DNA of 19,841 nucleotides from a virus (Duplodnaviria; Heunggongvirae; Uroviricota; Caudoviricetes): IMG/VR virus record IMGVR_UViG_2541047915_000006; one strand, 5' to 3'. Shown piece by piece: positions 1 to 9,475 of this stretch (position 1 is its first letter; each line of letters starts with the position of its first letter). The notes under the pieces were generated by a model. It saw only the letters and a program-made list of their open reading frames with translations, ran no database searches and was not told where the DNA came from. The position numbers and the translations under genes were made by a program.

Positions 1-1143
1 CTATGCTGTTTTGATATCTACGATAATCCAGTCTTTACCACGATCATCATTGTATCGGTCGGTCATTTTTCTGGATTTATGGCCTAACAACTTTTGCGTA
101 TCCAGACCCTGTTCCCGATATAACCGTTCTGACAGAGATCGCTGCTCATGAAATGTGGGCGCAGTTCCTTGCTCCCATTTTATGCCACATTTTTCCCGGG
201 CCTTTTTAAAAGCCGTTGTCAGAGTATTCGCAGAAACCTGGTCTCCTCTGTTTGCTTGAGAGGTAGTGTGACGGTAATGGACCAGATATTTACTAACAAC
301 AGCATCCCTGCACTGAGATATAACTTCACGAAGGGTAATATTCAGAGCATCGCATTTCAGGTTAAGCGGAATAGCAAGTTTTGAACCGGTTTTTTCCTGA
401 GTAATGTGCAACATGTCGTCCCATATATCAGAGAATTTCAAATTGCAGATATCGCCTAAACGTTGTCCAGTAACAAGAGCAAGTAGCATGCCGCATTTTA
501 AATAGGGCTGCCGTCTGCTTACGCTGTCAAATATTGCCTGCCATTCGGGCAGTGACAATCTTTGGCGGTTTACTCGATTTCGTGGTTGTTTTGTTGCCTG
601 CGCTGGGTTAAATCCTGGCGGAACATGTCCTGCGTGTTGTGCTTCTTTGAAGACGTCGATCAACACCATTCTCACGACTTGCGCCATCCTGTTATGACCT
701 TCAGCCTTTACAGCATCAATTATTTCGGCAATATCAAGTGCGGTAATATCCTTGAGGTGTTGCATTCCACAATGCTCACGGAAAAGACGAATGGGTTTGC
801 CTTTTTGCCGATAGGAGTTGGGTCTTAGTTCATTATGTTGCAGCCTGTCCTCTTGGATAGAAATATATTTATCAAGCCATTCTGTCACCGTAATGTCTGA
901 GCGCCTGCCTTTCATTCTTTCCAGACGCTCATTGACGCTTAATATTTGTCTGGTACGTTGTTCAGCAATAATGGTATTTGCTTCAGTAGCAACTTGTTTT
1001 GCTTCATTCTCATCAGTTCCTAAGCTATGAAAACGACCGGATAGTGGATGTTTGTATTGCCAATATACCTTTCCGGTTCGCTTATCTAATTTGCAATATA
1101 AATTGGGTATAGAGATTTTGTGAGATCGGGGTCTAGCAGCCAT
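1..1143 (-). CDS. int: Tyrosine site-specific integrase, lambda Int family (380 aa)
   Basis: Full ORF, ATG at 1143 and TAG at 1..3. C-terminal catalytic region closely parallels lambda Int (TFHEQRSLSERLY...LLGHKS...RYNDDRGKDW vs lambda TFHELRSLSARLY...LLGHKSDTMASQYRDDRGREW). The N-terminal part differs from lambda, so the att specificity is probably different. Overlaps the xis start by 11 nt, as in lambda. Confidence 0.9.
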   Translation of the reverse strand: MAARPRSHKISIPNLYCKLDKRTGKVYWQYKHPLSGRFHSLGTDENEAKQVATEANTIIAEQRTRQILSVNERLERMKGRRSDITVTEWLDKYISIQEDRLQHNELRPNSYRQKGKPIRLFREHCGMQHLKDITALDIAEIIDAVKAEGHNRMAQVVRMVLIDVFKEAQHAGHVPPGFNPAQATKQPRNRVNRQRLSLPEWQAIFDSVSRRQPYLKCGMLLALVTGQRLGDICNLKFSDIWDDMLHITQEKTGSKLAIPLNLKCDALNITLREVISQCRDAVVSKYLVHYRHTTSQANRGDQVSANTLTTAFKKAREKCGIKWEQGTAPTFHEQRSLSERLYREQGLDTQKLLGHKSRKMTDRYNDDRGKDWIIVDIKTA

Positions 1144-1369
1144 CAGCGATTATCCTTTGGAGTTTTGGGTTTGCGTTTATTGGGAGTTGCGGTTCTGCAA
1201 GCGTTCCTACAAAACGGGAATTTCGGTCAATCATCCAGTAGCGACCAACTTTTATAGCGGGTGGGGCCATCATTTTCCCTTGCGCGTATTTTTTCAGAAC
1301 TCGCTCACTTGGTGCTAAGTCCCCAAATTCTTCTTTAGCCCAGTCCTGTAAAGTGATTAGTCGAGACAT
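1133..1369 (-). CDS. xis: Excisionase (Xis-like, 78 aa)
   Basis: Small basic ORF immediately upstream of and overlapping int. Strong SD (AGAGGAGGACA) precedes the ATG at 1369. Position and size match lambdoid Xis. Confidence 0.7.
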   Translation of the reverse strand: MSRLITLQDWAKEEFGDLAPSERVLKKYAQGKMMAPPAIKVGRYWMIDRNSRFVGTLAEPQLPINANPKLQRIIADGC

Positions 1370-1508
1370 TTGTCCTCCTCTTAGCTGCTGAGGGAGTTTG
1401 TGACCGATATATCTGACATGATATTAAGCTCATGGCAGGTACATCTCTTGACTGGTCATAGAGATAAATTTAATGCTGAGAAATGCAGTATTGAATTTAT
1501 CAATTTTT

Positions 1509-1748
1509 CTATTTCCTGCGCATGTCACGTAACTTCTTAATGTGTTCTGCCGTTTCGATCTCTTCTGCTATCCGATCTGCATCAGCTTTATTCACAGGTT
1601 CAAAGTCATGATTAAAGCGGAACATGCTGGCGATACATGTTCTGCCTTTTCGGATGTAGTGAACTTTGTTGTGGGTAGAACGCAGGATTTTGCAGGGAGT
1701 GCCGTGGTGGTCGACGTACCAGGTGTTAGGGTCAATCACTCTGAACAT
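1509..1748 (-). CDS. Hypothetical early-left protein (79 aa)
   Basis: ORF co-oriented with the pL operon, ATG at 1748, 17-nt overlap with the upstream gene. No family recognised. Confidence 0.5.
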   Translation of the reverse strand: MFRVIDPNTWYVDHHGTPCKILRSTHNKVHYIRKGRTCIASMFRFNHDFEPVNKADADRIAEEIETAEHIKKLRDMRRK

Positions 1749-2058
1749 TCTTGACCTTGTGTTGTGCGGATTGATATTCAGTGCTGATATTCACCTTTAT
1801 AGCGAACACCTTTACCGGTTTATCGCCAAAGTGCGGATGTGTGATTGTCTTCACTTCATATCCGTCATACGGAACATCAATTCTGCGACTGGAATCGTCG
1901 CGCTTCGGATATCCCTTTGTGATAATCAGGCGGTCATATTCCCGGAACATAATTCGCTTATTCCAGTAGTCATTACACAAGCGATACTCTTCCGTTTTCT
2001 CTCCGCGAATCATGGCATCGAAGTATTCACTTTTAACAGCAAGTTGCAGGTTAGCCAT
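1732..2058 (-). CDS. Hypothetical early-left protein (108 aa from the ATG at 2058; the ORF track start at 2061 is GTG)
   Basis: ORF in the leftward operon. Its start overlaps the stop of the upstream TraR-like gene by 1 nt (TGATG). Confidence 0.5.
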   Translation of the reverse strand: MANLQLAVKSEYFDAMIRGEKTEEYRLCNDYWNKRIMFREYDRLIITKGYPKRDDSSRRIDVPYDGYEVKTITHPHFGDKPVKVFAIKVNISTEYQSAQHKVKNVQSD

Positions 2059-2279
2059 CACTTAATCCCCCTTTGTTTGCGGATAAGCTCCAGATCTTGC
2101 TGGCAACTGGCGCAAGTCCGACAACCCTGAACGGCCAGGCGTCTTCGTTCATCTATCGGATCGCCACACTCACAACAATGAGTGGCAGATACAGCCAGGT
2201 AGTTCAGGCGGCGCATTTTTATTGCTGTGTTGCGCTGTAATTCTTCTATTTCTGATGCTGAATCAATGATGTCTGCCAT
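2058..2279 (-). CDS. DksA/TraR-family C4 zinc-finger protein (73 aa)
   Basis: Four-Cys motif CxxC...17 aa...CxxC (CECGDPIDERRRLAVQGCRTCASC) arranged like F-plasmid TraR and phage TraR-like proteins. Confidence 0.7.
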   Translation of the reverse strand: MADIIDSASEIEELQRNTAIKMRRLNYLAVSATHCCECGDPIDERRRLAVQGCRTCASCQQDLELIRKQRGIK

Positions 2280-2333
2280 CTTTCATTAATCCCTGAACTG
2301 TTGGTTAATACGCTTGAGGGTGAATGCGAACAA

Positions 2334-2355
2334 TAAAAAAGGAGCCTGTAGCTCC
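2334..2355 (-). terminator. Intrinsic terminator on the leftward transcript (tL3-like position)
   Basis: On the minus strand, GGAGC-tacag-GCTCC stem-loop (2341..2355) followed by TTTTTT. Confidence 0.4.
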
Positions 2356-2472
2356 CTGATAATTTTGCTTTTCATGTTCATCGTTCCTTAAAGACGCCGT
2401 TTAACATGCCGATTGCCAGGCTTAAATGAGTCGGTGTGAATCCCTTCAGCGTTACCGTTTCGCGGTGCTTCT

Positions 2473-2655
2473 TCAGTACGCTACGGCAAATGTCATTGAC
2501 GTTTTTGGAAACTGCTGTCTGACTTTTTTGATTTCAGAATTAGCCTGACGGGCAATGCTGCGAAGGGCGTTTTCTTGCTGAGGTGTCACTGAACAAGCCC
2601 CATGTCGGCAAGCATAAGCACACAGAATATGAAGCCCGCTGCCAGAAAAATGCAT
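2473..2655 (-). CDS. Small hypothetical protein (60 aa), lambda orf61-like position
   Basis: ORF co-oriented in the leftward operon between the orf63-like gene and the terminator. No homology recognised. Confidence 0.3.
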   Translation of the reverse strand: MHFSGSGLHILCAYACRHGACSVTPQQENALRSIARQANSEIKKVRQQFPKTSMTFAVAY

Positions 2656-2665
2656 TCAGTGGTTG

Positions 2666-2857
2666 TCATACCTGGTCTCTCTCATCTGCTTCTGCTTTCG
2701 CCACCATCATTTCCAGCTTTTGTGAAAGGGATGTGGCTAACGTATGAAATTCTTCGTCTGTTTCTGCTGGTATTGGCACAAACCTGACTCCAATTTGAGC
2801 AAGGCTATGTGCCAAATCAATACTCGTTCTTAACTCAACAGGAGATGCTTTGTGCAT
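2666..2857 (-). CDS. Small hypothetical protein (63 aa), lambda orf63-like position
   Basis: ORF in the leftward operon just downstream of the orf60a-like gene. Gene order matches the lambda exo-proximal small ORFs. Confidence 0.45.
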   Translation of the reverse strand: MHKASPVELRTSIDLAHSLAQIGVRFVPIPAETDEEFHTLATSLSQKLEMMVAKAEADERDQV

Positions 2858-3018
2858 ACCGCCCCCCGTTTATTATTTATCTCCTCAGCCAGCCGCTGGG
2901 CTTTCAGCGGATTTCGGATAACAGAAAGACCGTGAAATACCCAGCCTCGCTTTGTAACGGAGTAGACGAAAGTGATCGCGCCTACCCGGATATTATCGTG
3001 AGGATGGGTCATCGCCAT
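2830..3018 (-). CDS. Small hypothetical protein (62 aa), lambda orf60a-like position
   Basis: ORF immediately downstream of exo on the leftward transcript, overlapping the exo stop region. Confidence 0.45.
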   Translation of the reverse strand: MAMTHPHDNIRVGAITFVYSVTKRGWVFHGLSVIRNPLKAQRLAEEINNKRGAVCTKHLLLS

Positions 3019-3689
3019 TGCTCTCCAAATACAAAACCAATTTCAGCCAGTGCTTCGTCCATTTTTTCGATGAACTCCGGCACCATCTCGTCAAAACTCG
3101 CCATGTACTTTTCATCCCGCTCAACCACGACATAATGCAGGCCTTCACGCTTCATTCGTGGGTCATAGTTGGCAAAGTACCAGGCATCTTTTCGTGTCAC
3201 CCACATGCTGTACTGCACCTGGGCCATGTAAGCCGACTTTATGGCCTCGAAACCACCGAGCCGGAACTTCATGAAATCCCGGGAGGTAAACGGGCATTTC
3301 AGCTCAAGGCCATTGCCGTCACTGCATAAACCATCGGGAGAGCAGGCGGTGCGCATACTTTCGTCGCGATAGATGATCGGGGATTCAGTAACATTCACGC
3401 CGGAAGTGAATTCAAACAGGGTTCTGGCGTCGTTCTCGTACTGTTTTCCCCACGCCAGCGCCTTAGCATTAACTTCCGGAGCCACACCGGTGCAAACCTC
3501 AGCCAGCAGGGTGTGGAAGTAGGACATTTTCATGTCAGGCCACTTCTTTCCTGAGCGGGGCTTTGCTATCACGTTGTGAACTTCTGAAGCGGTGATGACG
3601 CCGAGCCGTAATTTGTGCCATGCATCATCCCCCTGTTCGACAGCTCTCACGTCGATCCCGGTACGCTGCAGGATAATGTCCGGTGTCAT
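3009..3689 (-). CDS. exo: Lambda exonuclease (Red-alpha, 226 aa)
   Basis: Protein essentially identical to my recall of lambda Exo ([40 protein letters not shown]...). Start ATG overlaps the bet stop (ATGA). Confidence 0.95.
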   Translation of the reverse strand: MTPDIILQRTGIDVRAVEQGDDAWHKLRLGVITASEVHNVIAKPRSGKKWPDMKMSYFHTLLAEVCTGVAPEVNAKALAWGKQYENDARTLFEFTSGVNVTESPIIYRDESMRTACSPDGLCSDGNGLELKCPFTSRDFMKFRLGGFEAIKSAYMAQVQYSMWVTRKDAWYFANYDPRMKREGLHYVVVERDEKYMASFDEMVPEFIEKMDEALAEIGFVFGEQWR

Positions 3690-4471
3690 GCTGCCACCTT
3701 CTGCTCAGTGGCTTTCTGTTTCAGGAATCCAAGAGCTTTCACTGCTTCGGCCTGTGTCAGTTCTGACGATGCGCGAATGTCGCGGCGAAATATCTGGGAA
3801 CAGAGCGGCAATAAGTCGTCATCCCATGTTTTGTCCAGGGCAATCAGCAGAGTGTTAATCTCCTGCATGGTTTCATCGTTAACCGGAGTGATGTCGCGTT
3901 CCGGCTGACGTTCTGCAGTGTATGCGGTATTTTCGACAATGCGCTCGGCTTCATCCTTGTCATAGATACCAGCAAATCCGAAGGCCAGACGGGCACACTG
4001 AATCATGGCTTTATGCCGTAACATCCGTTTGGGATGCGACTGCCACGGCCCCGTGATTTCTCTGCCTTCGCGGGTTTTGAATGGTTCGCGGCGGCATTCA
4101 TCCATCCACTCGGTAACGCAGATCGGATGATTGCGGTCTTTGCGGTAAATCCGGCATGTACATGATTCATTGTCCTGCTCAAAGTCCATACCATCAAACT
4201 GCTGGTTTTCATTGATGATGCGGGACCAGCCATCAACGCCCACCACCGGAACAATGCCGTTCTGCTTATCAGGGAAGGCGTAAATTTCTTTCGTCCACGG
4301 ATTAAGGCCGTACTGGTTGGCGACGATCAACAATGCGATGAACTGCGCATCGCTGGCATCACCTTTAAATGCCGTCTGGCGAAGAGTGGTGATCAGTTCC
4401 TGTGGGTCGACAGAATCCATGCCGACACGTTCAGCCAGCTTCCCTGCCAGCGTTGCGAGTGCTGTACTCAT
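3686..4471 (-). CDS. bet: Lambda Bet (Red-beta single-strand annealing protein, 261 aa)
   Basis: Protein near-identical to lambda Bet ([59 protein letters not shown]...). Confidence 0.95.
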   Translation of the reverse strand: MSTALATLAGKLAERVGMDSVDPQELITTLRQTAFKGDASDAQFIALLIVANQYGLNPWTKEIYAFPDKQNGIVPVVGVDGWSRIINENQQFDGMDFEQDNESCTCRIYRKDRNHPICVTEWMDECRREPFKTREGREITGPWQSHPKRMLRHKAMIQCARLAFGFAGIYDKDEAERIVENTAYTAERQPERDITPVNDETMQEINTLLIALDKTWDDDLLPLCSQIFRRDIRASSELTQAEAVKALGFLKQKATEQKVAA

Positions 4472-4476
4472 CCGTT

Positions 4477-4773
4477 TTATACCTCTGAATCAATATCAGC
4501 CTGATGGTGAGCAATGGTTTCAACTATGTACCGGATGTGTTCTGCCATGCGCTCCTGAAACTCAACATCGTCATCAAACGCACGGGTAATGGCTTTTTTG
4601 CTGGCCCCGTGGCGTTGTAAATGATCGATGCATAGCGATTCAAACAGGTGCTGGGGCAGGCCTTTTTCCATGTCGTCTGCCAGTTCTGCCTCTTTCTCTT
4701 CACGGGCGATCTGCTGGTAGTGACGCGCCCAGCTCTGAGCCTCAAGACGATCCTGAATGTAATAAGCGTTCAT
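4477..4773 (-). CDS. gam: Gam, short form (GamS, 98 aa), RecBCD inhibitor
   Basis: [21 protein letters not shown]...[10 protein letters not shown] matches lambda Gam from its internal start. The upstream GamL-specific extension is in a different frame here (see findings). Confidence 0.9.
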   Translation of the reverse strand: MNAYYIQDRLEAQSWARHYQQIAREEKEAELADDMEKGLPQHLFESLCIDHLQRHGASKKAITRAFDDDVEFQERMAEHIRYIVETIAHHQADIDSEV

Positions 4774-4848
4774 GGCTGAACTCCTGAAAATGGCTGTGAA
4801 AATATCGCCCGCGAAATGCCAGGCTGATTAGGAAAACAGGAAAGGGGG

Positions 4849-4992
4849 TTAGTGAATGCTTTTGCTTGATCTCAGTTTCAGTATTAATATCCATTTTTTA
4901 TAAGCGTCGACGGCCTCACGAAACATCTTTTCATCGCCAATAAAAGTGGCGATAGTGAATTTAGTCTGGATAGCCATAATTGTTTGATCCAT
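4849..4992 (-). CDS. kil: Kil (host cell-division inhibitor, 47 aa)
   Basis: [47 protein letters not shown] matches lambda Kil. ATG at 4992 lies inside the 3' end of cIII. The ORF-track 89-aa call is an upstream read-through extension. Confidence 0.8.
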   Translation of the reverse strand: MDQTIMAIQTKFTIATFIGDEKMFREAVDAYKKWILILKLRSSKSIH

Positions 4993-5125
4993 TTTTTGGG
5001 ACTCCTGGCTGATTAAGTATGTCGATAAGGCGTTTCCATCCGTCACGTAATTTACGGGTGATTCGTTCAAGTAAAGATTCGGAAGGGCAGCCAGCAACAG
5101 GCCACCCTGCAATGGCATATTGCAT
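4961..5125 (-). CDS. cIII: CIII (protects CII from FtsH, 54 aa)
   Basis: Hand translation from the ATG at 5125 gives [54 protein letters not shown], matching lambda CIII. Below the 60-aa threshold of the ORF track. Confidence 0.8.
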   Translation of the reverse strand: MQYAIAGWPVAGCPSESLLERITRKLRDGWKRLIDILNQPGVPKNGSNNYGYPD

Positions 5126-5197
5126 GGTGTGCTCCTTATTTATACATAACGAAAAACGCCTCGAGTGAAGCGTAATTGGTATGCGGTAACGCCGCGC

Positions 5198-5377
5198 TCA
5201 GGCGGCCTTGATAGTCATATCATCTGAATCAAATATTCCTGATGTATCGATATCGGTAATTCTTATTCCTTCACTACCATCCATTGGAGGCCATCCTTCC
5301 TGACCATTTCCATCATTCCAGTCGAACTCACACACAACACCATATGCATTTAAGTCGCTTGAAATTGCTATAAGCAG
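5198..5377 (-). pseudogene. ea10: ea10 3' fragment (C-terminal 58-59 codons), separated from its 5' part by IS911
   Basis: Reading frame continues the 6628..6819 fragment once the IS and one copy of the CAG duplication are removed. Combined length is 122 aa, as for lambda Ea10. Confidence 0.75.
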
Positions 5378-5407
5378 TGAAGTGGTCAACAAAAACTGGC
5401 CACCGAG

Positions 5408-6555
<1,148 letters not shown>

Positions 6556-6627
6556 TATGGCACCTGTGTTGTTCTGAGGTGAGCATATCACCTCTGTTCA
6601 GGTGGCCAAATTCAGTAAACCACTTCA

Positions 6628-6819
6628 CAGAGCATGTTGCGCCAGCATGATTAATACAGCATTTAATACAGAGCCGTGTTTATTGAGTCGGTATTCAGAG
6701 TCTGACCAGAAATTATTAATCTGGTGAAGTTTTTCCTCTGTCATTACGTCATGGTCAATTTCAATTTCTATTGATGCTTTCCAGTCGTAATCAATGATGT
6801 ATTTTTTGATGTTTGACAT
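6628..6819 (-). pseudogene. ea10: ea10 5' fragment (first 64 codons), interrupted by IS911
   Basis: MSNIKKYIIDYDWKASIEIEIDHDV... The reading frame runs straight into the IS911 end at 6627, where an IS-borne stop terminates it. Confidence 0.75.
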
Positions 6820-6845
6820 CTATTCATATCCTCATAGATAAAAAA

Positions 6846-6870
6846 TCGCCCTCACACTGGAGGGCAAAGA
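6846..6870 (-). terminator. Intrinsic terminator on the leftward transcript between ral and ea10 (tL2-like)
   Basis: Minus strand GCCCTCCAGTGTGAGGGCG stem-loop followed by ATTTTTTATC. Confidence 0.5.
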
Positions 6871-7001
6871 AGATTTCCAATAATCAGAACAAGTCGGCTC
6901 CTGTTTAGTTACGAGCGACATTGCTCCGTGTATTCACTCGTTGGAATGAATACACAGTGCAGTGTTTATTCTGTTATTTATGCCAAAAATAAAGGCCACT
7001 A

Positions 7002-7202
7002 TCAGGCAGCTTTGTTGTTCTGTTTACCAAGTTCTCTGGCAATCATTGCCGTCGTTCGTATTGCCCATTTATCGACATATTTCCCATCTTCCATTACAGG
7101 AAACATTTCTTCAGGCTTAACCATGCATTCCGATTGCAGCTTGCATCCATTGCATCGTTTGAATTGTCCACACCATTGATTTGTATCAATAGTCGTAGTC
7201 AT
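7002..7202 (-). CDS. ral: Ral (restriction alleviation, 66 aa)
   Basis: MTTTIDTNQWCGQFKRCNGCKLQSECMVKPEEMFPVMEDGKYVDKWAIRTTAMIARELGKQNNKAA matches lambda Ral with a single substitution. Confidence 0.9.
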   Translation of the reverse strand: MTTTIDTNQWCGQFKRCNGCKLQSECMVKPEEMFPVMEDGKYVDKWAIRTTAMIARELGKQNNKAA

Positions 7203-7272
7203 ACGGATAGTCCTGGTATTGTTCCATCACATCTTGAGGATGCTCTTCGAACTCTTCAAATTCTTCTTCCAT
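7186..7272 (-). CDS. orf28-like acidic micro-ORF (28 aa)
   Basis: Hand translation from the ATG at 7272: MEEEFEEFEEHPQDVMEQYQDYPYDYDY*. Overlaps the ral start, as lambda orf28 does. Confidence 0.4.
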   Translation of the reverse strand: MEEEFEEFEEHPQDVMEQYQDYPYDYDY

Positions 7273-7415
7273 ATATCACCTTAAATAGTGGATTGCGGTA
7301 GTAAAGATTGTGCCTGTCTTTTAACCACATCAGGCTCGGTGGTTCTCGTGTACCCCTACAACGAGAAATCGGATAAACTCTATTCACCCCTACAGAGAGC
7401 AAAAGAGAAACGCCG

Positions 7416-7997
7416 ATGAACAACTCATGGTGGCAGGAACTAATGCATTTTTTCCTGCAAGGAATGACACTTAAACAGTTGATTCATATGCTAATCATCC
7501 TGATCATATTGATTATTGTTATGCCGGTAAGCGTAAAAGAATGGATAAACCTGCATAATCCAGAAATCCTTCCTCATTACTGGATGTATTACATCCTGTT
7601 GTTTTGCGTTAGCTATGTGCTTAACGGCGTTGTTAATTCCGCTTATCACGCTGTGACTGAAAGAATTGAGGTATTCGCTGCTCAGAAGCGCAAATCTAAA
7701 GAAGAAAAATATGTGCAAGATTTGTTTGATTCGTTAACTCTTGGAGAAAGAGCGTATTTGGCATTCGCTGTAGCCGCTAATAACCAGCTACAAACGGAAA
7801 AGGGCGCTCATGAATCAATTTCATTGCTCAAAAAAGGACTCCTCGTTCGAAGGCCTCCTGCTGTTGGATATCCTGATACCGACCGTTTCGTTATCCCTGA
7901 AAGCTATAGACATGAGTGCTACATTAGGTTTGCCGGGAAGGCAGACAGCCTTATGGATGAACTTATCGCTCAGGATAAGCATGGCAAAAACAAGTAA
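7416..7997 (+). CDS. sieB: SieB superinfection-exclusion protein (193 aa)
   Basis: Near-identical to lambda SieB (MNNSWWQELM.FFLQGMTLKQLIHMLIILI...), hydrophobic N-terminus. Convergent with N, as in lambda. Confidence 0.9.
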   Translation: MNNSWWQELMHFFLQGMTLKQLIHMLIILIILIIVMPVSVKEWINLHNPEILPHYWMYYILLFCVSYVLNGVVNSAYHAVTERIEVFAAQKRKSKEEKYVQDLFDSLTLGERAYLAFAVAANNQLQTEKGAHESISLLKKGLLVRRPPAVGYPDTDRFVIPESYRHECYIRFAGKADSLMDELIAQDKHGKNK

Positions 7998-8013
7998 TTA
8001 GCAAATGAATTTA

Positions 8014-8286
8014 TCATCTCGCCGTCAGTTGTTTTGATTTCCGGTAGCCTGCCGCGTAAAGAGCTACGTTCGGAAGACAAGTTGAACCTTCATATTTTCT
8101 GGTCAACGTTGTCAGAGTTATCACTTCTGCTCTCATTGCTGGTTTGAGCTTGCATTGCAAGACCACTCGTGAAGGGGTTGGCCTGTGTAGCTTGTCGGAG
8201 CTGATCGCCTCCTGACTTTGCAGATTTGCGCGACGAGCTCTACGGCGAGAAGCTGCGGTGCCTTTAAATTCTGTTTTTCTGGACAT
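8014..8286 (-). CDS. N: N-type transcription antiterminator (90 aa), H-19B/933W-like
   Basis: Arg-rich motif near the N-terminus (GTAASRRRARRA). C-terminus CLPNVALYAAGYRKSKQLTAR matches my recall of H-19B/933W N. GGAGG SD 5 nt before the ATG at 8286. The ORF-track start at 8358 would read through nutL. Confidence 0.8.
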   Translation of the reverse strand: MSRKTEFKGTAASRRRARRANLQSQEAISSDKLHRPTPSRVVLQCKLKPAMRAEVITLTTLTRKYEGSTCLPNVALYAAGYRKSKQLTAR

Positions 8287-8384
8287 GGATTCCTCCCGAA
8301 TAAACTTTGGCGATGCAATCTCGAAGCTCCTCCTGAGACGGTTGCTTCGGCATTGCATCCCACAGCTTATGTGGTTGGGTGATC

Positions 8385-8430
8385 TGGCTTTTCAGCCACG
8401 TAGTCGAGAGTCGACGTTGTTTAAAGAGCC
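8385..8430 (-). promoter_or_regulatory. nutL (boxA + boxB)
   Basis: Minus strand reads boxA GGCTCTTTAAACAAC (8416..8430), then boxB hairpin TGGCT-GAAAA-GCCA (8385..8398), upstream of N. Confidence 0.55.
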
Positions 8431-8475
8431 TGCCAGTCTGTTCCATTTGGCTTCCAGCGTCCTGCTGACGGTTAA

Positions 8476-8504
8476 ATAGTACGATATGTACTTTACAAGA
8501 TCAA
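8476..8504 (-). promoter_or_regulatory. Candidate pL with operator OL1
   Basis: Minus strand: -35 TTGATC, 17-bp spacer TTGTAAAGTACATATCG, -10 TACTAT. The spacer carries the near-palindromic AGTACATATCGTACT, which also occurs in the pR spacer. Confidence 0.4.
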
Positions 8505-8697
8505 TACAATTTGTTGTAAGTTGGCGTGGTTTTTTATAACGCTTTGTATTTAATAGTGTTGTTTTTTAGCGTGGATGTATTGCCTCGGCGATGTAAGGAG
8601 AGATCAGAATTGCGTGGTTTAGTGGGTTGCATCTATTTATTTTTCAATAAATATAATTGGTTATGTGTTTTTAGGTGGGCGAACGTGAGGCAAAGAA

Positions 8698-8722
8698 AAC
8701 CCGGCGCTGAGGCCGGGTTGTA
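8698..8722 (-). terminator. Intrinsic terminator ending the cI operon (tImm-like)
   Basis: Minus strand CCCGGCCTCAGCGCCGGG hairpin followed by TTTTCTTTG, starting 1 nt after the stop of the 250-aa cassette gene. Confidence 0.5.
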
Positions 8723-9475
8723 TTATGCTGCAAGTCTCTTAACCCAAGTCTCTCTTTTGGAGAATGGTAGAACTTGGCTTGATTCATGGAAGAGTAAGGA
8801 GAGTTGTTGCATTTGATCACCAATTGCTTCGCTGTCTATAACAACAAATCTGTTGTTATACTCCTCACTTGAAGCTTTAAGATCAATTAGTTTCCCAAGC
8901 AATGAGTAAGCACTATTCCAGCTTCCTCCGTGTTTCACGCTTGATGTAAAAACGTATTTAGGTATGTCGGTTTTTATTGTTACAGGGACGGTAATTTGAT
9001 GTCCACTCAAGCCATATACGTTTTCACGAAGAGAAAGTGCGTCTCTAAGCTCTGTGTGATATAGATAATCAATAACCATACTTTCAAACTTTTCAGCTTG
9101 AACTGGCTGATACCAGTCTAACGACAAAGTTGATGCGAGTATACCAGCTCTAATTATGTTCGATGTAATCGCACCGACATCCTTTTCTGTTGCCCAAGCA
9201 ATGATTTCTCCTCGAGCATTGAGTTCTGCGCCTTCTTTAAGCAGTAATTGTCGTATCTCATCAAGTCGTTTTTTGGTAAGCGAGATCCCTCTTGCCTCCA
9301 TATTCATTAAGGCATCGCATCTGTCACTAACTAAATACCTACCATTGACTTCACGGATAAAGGCACCGACATGCTCTCCATCATCACAGTAAGTGAATGG
9401 ACTGATAATTCTCAAGGTCTTGCCTATTGGATGGCATTCGAAACCTAGTTGTGAGATCACTGTTGAGCACATCAT
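8723..9475 (-). CDS. Uncharacterised protein B of the cI-distal two-gene cassette (250 aa), in the rexAB position
   Basis: Long ORF with the only stop-free frame. ATG at 9475 overlaps the stop of the upstream gene (ATGA). About 40% GC by spot counts. No similarity to RexA/RexB or any family I can name. Confidence 0.7.
   Translation of the reverse strand: MMCSTVISQLGFECHPIGKTLRIISPFTYCDDGEHVGAFIREVNGRYLVSDRCDALMNMEARGISLTKKRLDEIRQLLLKEGAELNARGEIIAWATEKDVGAITSNIIRAGILASTLSLDWYQPVQAEKFESMVIDYLYHTELRDALSLRENVYGLSGHQITVPVTIKTDIPKYVFTSSVKHGGSWNSAYSLLGKLIDLKASSEEYNNRFVVIDSEAIGDQMQQLSLLFHESSQVLPFSKRETWVKRLAA

Noticed and set aside
148-1030. Plus-strand ORFs 148..384, 562..828 and 818..1030
   Set aside because: They lie entirely antisense within the well-supported integrase gene and have no start context or recognisable domains.
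1542-2130. Plus-strand ORFs 1542..1754, 1666..2130 and 1781..1969
   Set aside because: Antisense to the overlapping minus-strand early-left genes; Cys/Phe-rich low-complexity translations typical of non-coding frames.
2356-2472. Possible 31-aa micro-ORF on the minus strand
   Set aside because: It reads directly through the terminator hairpin at 2341..2355 and has no SD, so it is unlikely to be translated.
3018-4589. ORFs 3018..3329, 3592..3858, 3615..3908, 4003..4254 and 4317..4589
   Set aside because: Alternate frames or antisense within exo and bet, which match lambda proteins essentially residue for residue.
4849-5118. 89-aa ORF annotated as one protein
   Set aside because: This is the kil frame extended upstream through cIII. 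The real genes are kil (47 aa, ATG at 4992) and cIII (54 aa, in a different frame).
5198-5392. 64-aa ORF starting inside IS911
   Set aside because: Its first five codons come from the IS911 end. It is the ea10 3' fragment read across the insertion junction, not an intact gene.
6928-7179. Plus-strand 83-aa ORF
   Set aside because: Antisense to ral, which matches lambda Ral.
7491-8001. ORFs 7491..7718 (minus) and 7810..8001 (plus)
   Set aside because: Antisense or alternate frame within sieB.
8014-8358. 114-aa extended N ORF; also ORFs 8133..8363, 8258..8479 and 8264..8446
   Set aside because: The extension upstream of the ATG at 8286 lacks an SD and approaches the nutL boxB; the GGAGG SD supports the 90-aa start. 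The others are alternate frames over N and nutL.
8526-8816. Plus-strand 96-aa ORF
   Set aside because: Spans the intergenic operator region and the cI-operon terminator and is antisense to the end of cassette gene B. AT-rich with no start context.
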